From: a bacterium
GTDB taxonomy: Bacteria > Patescibacteriota > Minisyncoccia > UBA6257 > JAGOQP01
DNA length: 62,593 bases
Direction: 5' to 3'
NCBI GenBank assembly: GCA_021780615.1
Contig: JAJXYJ010000006.1
Coordinates: 1 to 62,593 of the forward strand
Shown here one piece after another: positions 56,641 to 62,593 of the stretch (positions within the stretch are counted from its first letter, which is position 1; the number at the start of each line of letters is the position of its first letter). The translations under genes were made by a program, and so were the position numbers. The notes under the pieces were generated by a model. It saw nothing but the letters and a program-made list of their open reading frames with translations. It did no database searches and was not told where the DNA came from.

Positions 56641-56976
56641 CTAGCGATAGTCGCGATGACCTCCGCCAAATCCTCCTCGATCGCCTCCGCGATGGAATCC
56701 ACCTCCGCCTGATTGGCGAGGACGATCTTCCAAGGGGCGCGCTTCGCTGACATGCAGTGTGCGGCCGTCAAGCTCCTTGCCATCAAACATTTCGATTGCC
56801 GCATCTGCTTCCTGGTCGTTTGCCATCTCCACAAAACCGAATCCGCGTGAGCGGCCAGTCATTTTGTCGGTGATGACGGTTGCTGATGTTACTTCTCCTG
56901 CTTGAGCAAATGCATCATGCAACGCCTCTTGCGATGTGCTGTACGATAAACCGCCAACGTATAATTTCTTTGCCAT
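56641..56976 (-). CDS. RRM-type RNA-binding protein with Gly/Arg-rich tail
   Basis: KLYVGGLSYS (RNP2) and RGFGFVEM (RNP1), with C-terminal GGGGFHRGGDRGGFGGG. Confidence 0.92.
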   Translation of the reverse strand: MAKKLYVGGLSYSTSQEALHDAFAQAGEVTSATVITDKMTGRSRGFGFVEMANDQEADAAIEMFDGKELDGRTLHVSEARPLEDRPRQSGGGGFHRGGDRGGFGGGHRDYR

Positions 56977-57213
56977 AATACTTGGTTATAACGTAGGGCG
57001 ACCTCTCATGCGGTTTACCACGTGAGCAACAACCTCTTGCGGTGTGTCAGCGCGATATACAAACCTATTGAGCAATTCCTACCCAGACAGTATACACTAC
57101 TTTGTTCCATAAGTCCACCCCATAGAGGATCCCCAACTAAGAACTGCATACCTCCCCTACCAAAGAAAAAACATCTGTATTGTAGGACATATCTATGGTA
57201 TACTCAGGTGCAT

Positions 57214-57468
57214 ATGAATACTCTCGCAAAAGCTGATATTTTCTTCTTTATCACCTCCCTTGCAGTCGTTGCTATTGCTCTGGTGTGTATCGTTGTCTTG
57301 GTGTACCTGGCGCGAATTATGAAAAATATCAAAGACATATCAGACGCCGCTCACCGCGAAGCACGAGGTATCGCCGACGATATTCACGCCTTCCGTGAAG
57401 ATGTCGTCAAAGAAGGAACTCAAGCAATTATAAAAACAATGAAACGCATGCATCACAAAGAAAAATAA
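57214..57468 (+). CDS. hypothetical small membrane protein
   Basis: Internal ATG at 57214 gives MNTLAKADIFFFITSLAVVAIALVCIVVLVYLA... The upstream part of the ORF looks noncoding. Confidence 0.45.
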   Translation: MNTLAKADIFFFITSLAVVAIALVCIVVLVYLARIMKNIKDISDAAHREARGIADDIHAFREDVVKEGTQAIIKTMKRMHHKEK

Positions 57469-57485
57469 CAAACACTACAAAGTAT

Positions 57486-57884
57486 ATGAAAAAAACAAAG
57501 AAACAAACATCATCACATATGTCAGCGGGTGAAATCTTAGGTATTGGTGCAGCCGTTGCTGCCGCGGCAGGTGCATATTTTTTATACGGAAAAGGTAAAC
57601 AAGCACATACACAGGTAAAGAGTTGGGCACTCAAAGCAAAGGCAGATGTTTTAGATCAATTAGAAAAAGCACATGTAGTAAGCGAAGACACCTATCGCGC
57701 CATCGTCAATAGAGTTGCCACGAAATACGAAAAACTCCAACAGGTGGATCCTAATGAACTTAAGGCAATGATTTCTGATATTCACGGTCATTGGAAAAAT
57801 ATTCAAAAACAAATGCAAACACCACCATCAAAATCAACTCACGCACCACATAAAAAATCACCGACAAAGAAAACAACAAAATAA
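57486..57884 (+). CDS. hypothetical protein with N-terminal hydrophobic segment (YtxH-like appearance)
   Basis: 132 aa, ILGIGAAVAAAAGAYFLYGKG followed by a helical region. Confidence 0.5.
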   Translation: MKKTKKQTSSHMSAGEILGIGAAVAAAAGAYFLYGKGKQAHTQVKSWALKAKADVLDQLEKAHVVSEDTYRAIVNRVATKYEKLQQVDPNELKAMISDIHGHWKNIQKQMQTPPSKSTHAPHKKSPTKKTTK

Positions 57885-57893
57885 TTCATTACG

Positions 57894-57941
57894 CTCTATA
57901 CCATAACGCCTCCTCTAAAAGGGAGGCGTTATGGTATAGAG
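57894..57941. terminator. 20-bp perfect-stem hairpin between convergent genes
   Basis: CTCTATACCATAACGCCTCC-8 nt-GGAGGCGTTATGGTATAGAG. Confidence 0.7.
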
Positions 57942-57949
57942 TCACTAGA

Positions 57950-60910
57950 CTACTCCATTAATGATCTCATGGCACAAAACGTGCACTCTTTTTTACCACA
58001 TCCCTTCTGAGCAAAAACGCCTGTTCTAATTTCAGTAAAGACGCGCGTTAGTGTTTCCTTAAGTTCATGCACCTCTGCATCAGATAGGGCAAATATTTCT
58101 CGGTGGTGTTTTCCCTGATCGTCCGGTTCTATGAAATCAATAATACCCTCTTCCATATGCCACGCACCATCATGGTACCCATCTAAAAGCATCCGATAAA
58201 AAACTAATTGTCGCTTGTAGTCTCCGTTGCTGGTTTTTGTATTCCCTTCTATATCATTGCGCGTTTTCGGTTTTCCGGTTTTATAATCAACCACTCGTAC
58301 CGTCTGCGGATTGATAAATTCTATGCGATCCAGTTTTCCGGTTAGCGCAACGCCATCATGTGATCCTCCCTTTATGGCGACTTCACAGCGCACCTCTCCT
58401 TCGTAGGTCAGATATCCTGTTTGATAATACGCAGCCAAAGCCGCCACTCCTTTTTTTGTAAGCTCATCAAAATCAGCTGTCTCTAATGGTAATTTTTTAA
58501 GCGCTTGTTTAAAGGCATTTGTAAAACCATCTACTGTAAGCTTCTGCGCACAAGCATCGCGCAATGCCGCATGTACCGCGGTGCCGTAGAGTTGAAACTT
58601 ATTGGGAATCGCCGGCAATCGTAACAAATTTTTATAAAAATAATTCCAAGGACAAGAAAGATAATTATTGAGGGCGGTCACACTAAATTCTTGCGATGCA
58701 AAAAGTTCTTGCACGTATGCCGTGTCATAAATGGTATCTCGAAGAGATGTCTGGGGTAGTGTTGATTCATATGGTTCCGAATCTTTTTTGTCCACTGTCG
58801 TATAATGAGCGCTATCAAGCTCGCTTATATATTCACAAGGAAGTTGTTCTTTGCCATCAGCGCCCGTGCGCGCATAGGTGATAACCACAGCTTCCTGGGC
58901 ACGCGTGAGGGCAACATAAAAAAGTCTCCGTTCATCATCATCGGCATCCCCTTCATGCAAGACCTGCGTACCAAGCGTATACACCTGGGCAATAAGTGCG
59001 AGCGGATTGGGTATACGCTTATGCCCCCAATGTCCGTCATAGGCATGCACAATATAAACATATGCAAATTCAAGCCCCTTGGAACGATGCGCGGTCATTA
59101 AACGCACACGCGCCTCAACGGCGCCACTCCCCGACGTTCCCAATGGTACATGGTGTGTTATGGCATCATCAAGATATTCAATAAAATCATTCAAAGAAAA
59201 CGATGTATGCACTTGTGCCGCCTGAGTCACTAAATCAAAGAACGCCCGCACTTTTTCCAATTTTTCTACCGAGTGAGCATGGCGTAATACATATTCCATA
59301 AATCCGGATTCATAGGCGATTGTTTCAATGAGCGGACCACACGGATGATAGTGTACTTGTTTTGACCATTCCCGCAGCAAAGAAAAAATACGTGCAATGG
59401 CGGCTTGATCTCGTACTCCCGCGGCAGTTAGCGCATCTCCATCAGCAGCCATATCAGCCAATACCATGCGACGTTCCGATGACCCCTTAATCATTTTATA
59501 TACCTCAAGCGGATCAAGACCCAAAACGTCAATGTGCAGTACTCGCGCCACCAACTCATCATCACCAGGCCTACAAGCGGCGCGCAGTAACGTAATAAGT
59601 TTTATAATATCGTCATCTGCAACAATATCTTGATTTGATTCTATGCGGCACGCAATACCCTTTCGTTCCAAAGCACGAGCGCACTGTTCGGCATCTTTAT
59701 TATCACGATACAATATGGCGATATCATGAGGGGCAACACCCGTCGCGATACGATGGGCGATGTGTTGCGCCACGCCACGCCATTCATCTTCTTGCGTGGA
59801 ATATGATATGACTTCCACTTGAGGGAGAGGAGGAGTGGAACGATGCGCTACAAGTCGAATTGGATTTTTGGCAATGTGCGTTCCTACTCCATGTGATGCA
59901 TCTAAAATACCTTGCGTCGAACGATAATTTTTTTCAAGAACGATGATCGTAGCGCTTGGATATAATTCTTTGAAGTATAAAAAATTTTGCAACGAAGCTC
60001 CCTGAAATCGGTAAATGGCCTGTTTTTCATCTCCGACAATGCAAATATTGGGTGCCGCGTCGTAATTACAAAGCAGTGCAAGAACTTTATTTTGTGCATT
60101 ATTGGTATCTTGGTGTTCGTCAACAAGGGTGTAGAGAAATCGTTCTTGTAATGATTGTAGTAGGTCCTCTCGTGCCTCAAGAGCGGTGGCGACTTCCATA
60201 ATCATATCGGCATAATCGTACGCTTTTTGCTCCCGTATTTTTTGTTGGTATGTTGCATACACGCGCGCCAACTCCTTATTTTTACCCATACGCTTGAGTG
60301 CGGTAGTGTGCAATAGCTTCATTTTGCCCGCGTGAGGTCCTGAGGTGTGATATAAATCATCGCGCTGTTGATAGAGACGCTCCGCGCTTTCAACTCGTTC
60401 TAAAAATTCTTCGGGCGATATCCCCTCTCGTTTTAGATTATTAATACCACTTAATGCCGGACGCACATAGAAATGAGGATCTCCAAAAGGCTTGAGCGTA
60501 TCAAGTGCCAACTCATCAATGCATCTCGCAATGATGCGCACCTGTTCCATTTCGGTAATGGGTTGTGAACCAATGATGTGCGGGAATGCTTCTGGATTTT
60601 GTAGAATAATTTCATTACAAAATCCATGAAAGGTGCCGATGTGCACGCGATATGCCGCCGCTCCAATGAGTTCATAGAGTCGCCGTTTCATGGATTGCGC
60701 CGCCGCTTCTGTGAAGGTAAGCGCCAAAATAGCTTCAGGGGGCGTATCAGTTTCTTGAAGAATGCGGCCTATACGCAAGGTGAGTACTTGCGTTTTTCCT
60801 GTACCCGGACCAGCCACAATCATCACTGGTCCTTGTATGGTATCAACCGCTTCTTTTTGTTGCGCATTAAGGCGTTCATACGCACTCACAAAAGGTGAAG
60901 TATGAGACAT
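57950..60910 (-). CDS. UvrD/PcrA-type helicase fused to a C-terminal PD-(D/E)XK (Cas4/AddB-like) nuclease
   Basis: AGPGTGKTQVL (Walker A), LVDEHQDTN, NYRS, then CPWNYF...VVDYKTGK...QLVFYRMLL...GCGKKECTFC. Start at the ATG at 60910. Confidence 0.9.
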   Translation of the reverse strand: MSHTSPFVSAYERLNAQQKEAVDTIQGPVMIVAGPGTGKTQVLTLRIGRILQETDTPPEAILALTFTEAAAQSMKRRLYELIGAAAYRVHIGTFHGFCNEIILQNPEAFPHIIGSQPITEMEQVRIIARCIDELALDTLKPFGDPHFYVRPALSGINNLKREGISPEEFLERVESAERLYQQRDDLYHTSGPHAGKMKLLHTTALKRMGKNKELARVYATYQQKIREQKAYDYADMIMEVATALEAREDLLQSLQERFLYTLVDEHQDTNNAQNKVLALLCNYDAAPNICIVGDEKQAIYRFQGASLQNFLYFKELYPSATIIVLEKNYRSTQGILDASHGVGTHIAKNPIRLVAHRSTPPLPQVEVISYSTQEDEWRGVAQHIAHRIATGVAPHDIAILYRDNKDAEQCARALERKGIACRIESNQDIVADDDIIKLITLLRAACRPGDDELVARVLHIDVLGLDPLEVYKMIKGSSERRMVLADMAADGDALTAAGVRDQAAIARIFSLLREWSKQVHYHPCGPLIETIAYESGFMEYVLRHAHSVEKLEKVRAFFDLVTQAAQVHTSFSLNDFIEYLDDAITHHVPLGTSGSGAVEARVRLMTAHRSKGLEFAYVYIVHAYDGHWGHKRIPNPLALIAQVYTLGTQVLHEGDADDDERRLFYVALTRAQEAVVITYARTGADGKEQLPCEYISELDSAHYTTVDKKDSEPYESTLPQTSLRDTIYDTAYVQELFASQEFSVTALNNYLSCPWNYFYKNLLRLPAIPNKFQLYGTAVHAALRDACAQKLTVDGFTNAFKQALKKLPLETADFDELTKKGVAALAAYYQTGYLTYEGEVRCEVAIKGGSHDGVALTGKLDRIEFINPQTVRVVDYKTGKPKTRNDIEGNTKTSNGDYKRQLVFYRMLLDGYHDGAWHMEEGIIDFIEPDDQGKHHREIFALSDAEVHELKETLTRVFTEIRTGVFAQKGCGKKECTFCAMRSLME

Positions 60911-61054
60911 AGTATGTGCAATTGTATACGCTCTGACTTTATAACACAAACAAATATACTACGATAAAATAAAAATCCGCCCATACACAACAAGGCAGAT
61001 TTTTATATATGATCCTTACGTCATTATTCTATGCGCACGTCTTCATAAAAATTC

Positions 61055-61534
61055 TTACTGCAGACGCGTGAGTTGTTGTACGGTGACAACCCCACCACTC
61101 CGTACTCCTTGCACTGACACTTGCACACCACTATCAAATGCCACACCGAGCGTACACGATATCGACATCGTATGTGCATCAACACAAACGCTCTGCGGGG
61201 TAAATATGAGTTGTACGGTCTGTGCCCCAAACCCCGAAGTGCCATACACTAAATACCATGCATCTTGTTGCTGATACCCTGAATTATTAAAAACAAACGT
61301 TCCTATTTGATTAAAATTTCCATTACCATTATATGATGTATTGTATCCTTGCGAGGTTATCATTCCTTGATTTGCCATATATCCCCCCAAAGCGGGAGGC
61401 GTGCCGTACAATGAATATGATGTTGATCCATTTTCTTGGACTACCGGCATATATGAAGAAGCCCAGGCAATAATGAGCGCGACGATAATAATAATAAGTA
61501 TCACAATAATGGTATGGTGTCCTTTCCAAGTCAT
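61055..61534 (-). CDS. hypothetical membrane-anchored protein, N/G/Q/Y-rich
   Basis: N-terminal TM IIVILIIIIVALIIAWA. No motif. Confidence 0.45.
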   Translation of the reverse strand: MTWKGHHTIIVILIIIIVALIIAWASSYMPVVQENGSTSYSLYGTPPALGGYMANQGMITSQGYNTSYNGNGNFNQIGTFVFNNSGYQQQDAWYLVYGTSGFGAQTVQLIFTPQSVCVDAHTMSISCTLGVAFDSGVQVSVQGVRSGGVVTVQQLTRLQ

Positions 61535-61709
61535 ATAATAATGTGTTTTAATGAGTTTTTATTGGTGTAGTATAGTAAGCACAATGCGAAGGTTTTACCC
61601 TTACATTTTCAAGCACGCAAGCAAAGAAGGGGTTTACATCCCCGTCATTGAATGTTCTTCATTATACCACACAATTATTCATATGAAAAGCCCCCACCGC
61701 TATTCCCCA

Positions 61710-61737
61710 CTACCGACTACCGACTACCGACTACCGA
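61710..61737. repeat. heptanucleotide tandem repeat (CTACCGA)x4
   Basis: Four exact tandem copies, counted directly. The SemiSWEET stop codon lies in the last copy. Confidence 0.95.
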
Positions 61738-62066
61738 TAGATGATAATCGCCACAACAATCGCCGCTTGCGTTATAAACCATAGCGCATTGGATATCAAA
61801 ATTGGTTTATCTTTATGAACGATGCCGTACACCAACCATAATAAGTTAAAGACACAAAAAAGCGCCCATGACGTGAGTGAAAAACTGGCAACATCTCTTG
61901 TTGCATATAATTTTATAATTTGAGGGAGCATGGTCATGGGAGCAACTACTGCTACCACAATAAGAAGCCTATCCAGAAATCGTATGCCATACTGCGGACT
62001 GGGGTATTGCTCAAACTGTTGAGTAACACGTTTCCGCCGATGCAGATGATGTAACGGATCACGCAT
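61731..62066 (-). CDS. PQ-loop/SemiSWEET family transporter
   Basis: Three TM helices with LPQIIKLY (PQ motif). 111 aa. Confidence 0.7.
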   Translation of the reverse strand: MRDPLHHLHRRKRVTQQFEQYPSPQYGIRFLDRLLIVVAVVAPMTMLPQIIKLYATRDVASFSLTSWALFCVFNLLWLVYGIVHKDKPILISNALWFITQAAIVVAIIIYR

Positions 62067-62131
62067 AAATAAATATTCTTCTAGTATATCACGAAGACTT
62101 TAAATGACATACCCCAAAGCACCACCGTCGT

Positions 62132-62593
62132 TCACGTTAACGGTCGTTCACGTTCCATAAATAATCCATTTTTGGTAACAACTCCATCCATACCTATAAA
62201 AAGATAGGGCACCCGGTGTCTATCAAGATATGCCGTCCCCTTATCTTTTCCTAATAAAATCCCGATACTTGCATATTCATCAGCTTTTTGTGCACTCGGC
62301 GCAATAACGGTGACGCTAATACTGTCTTTCGTTGATACTCCCTCATGCATCGCCACTTGATGGTGGGATAAGAATGCGTTGCTTCTAAAAACAACTGCAT
62401 ACGTTCCCGATGTCGCAATGGCTTCATTGCGCACTCCCACTACCGTCACAATGGCATTGGGTATTTGTGGATGCTGAATGCCAACGCGCCACTCATTATT
62501 GTCTATATTGAATGGCCCATGCGTCAAAATATCCCCTCCCGCATTAATCATCCACCCACTCTTTCTCTCCATAAGCGTCTGCCCTGCCTCATC
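62132..62593 (-). CDS. apbE: FAD:protein FMN transferase (ApbE family), C-terminal part; gene continues beyond the window end
   Basis: INAGGDILTHG...WRVGIQHP...AIATSGTY... The frame stays open to position 62593. Confidence 0.75.
   Translation of the reverse strand, partial: DEAGQTLMERKSGWMINAGGDILTHGPFNIDNNEWRVGIQHPQIPNAIVTVVGVRNEAIATSGTYAVVFRSNAFLSHHQVAMHEGVSTKDSISVTVIAPSAQKADEYASIGILLGKDKGTAYLDRHRVPYLFIGMDGVVTKNGLFMERERPLT

Noticed and set aside
57017-57030. GAGAGGTCGC string upstream of the RRM gene, matching 10 nt of the tRNA-Ser 5' end
   Set aside because: The match is short and isolated, with no surrounding tRNA-like structure. It is probably coincidental.

Overview
Gene-dense 62.6 kb bacterial window with most genes on the minus strand. 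It looks like a small-genome Patescibacteria/CPR-like organism. That is an inference from domain-minimised housekeeping enzymes (AlaRS, UvrC, pyruvate kinase), many small DUF-type membrane proteins, a SemiSWEET, a PMT-type glycosyltransferase and an RRM protein.

Recognisable housekeeping content:
- Translation and transcription: infA-rpmJ-rpsM, alaS, rpoD, dnaG, groES/groEL.
- Repair: a clustered uvrA / uvrC-uvrB, nfo, a family-4 UDG, rmuC and a UvrD-type helicase-nuclease.
- RNA modification: tgt-queA, rsmI, rsmE, tsaC and dus.
- Other: htpX-lemA, pyrD, a MarR-HlyD-MacB-type efflux operon, an ECF sigma factor, SOD, Bcp and FKBP.

The stretch from about 15.1 to 25.9 kb looks accessory. Its contents, in order:
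- A stand-alone HNH nuclease translationally coupled to a 562-aa multi-TM orphan protein. This pair sits downstream of tRNA-Ser(GGA), next to att-like copies of the tRNA 3' end and a GC-rich structured noncoding stretch. It is my best candidate for an undescribed two-gene module.
- A small GIY-YIG gene inserted onto the 5' end of tRNA-Ser, with a 28-bp duplication.
- A 5 kb block bounded by 33-bp inverted repeats. It carries a di-haem cytochrome b6-like fusion, DUF3467, a leader-like Cys-rich small ORF, a 552-aa orphan membrane protein and pyrD.

Other notable signals:
- An AT-rich element family of about 125-135 bp sitting inside operons, including the groES-groEL spacer.
- A tRNA-like gene with two insertions.
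- queA split exactly at an A_AAA_AAC slippery heptamer.
- A perfect consensus promoter plus terminator defining an sRNA candidate of about 90 nt.

All functional calls come from reading motifs in the translated ORFs. No database search was possible.
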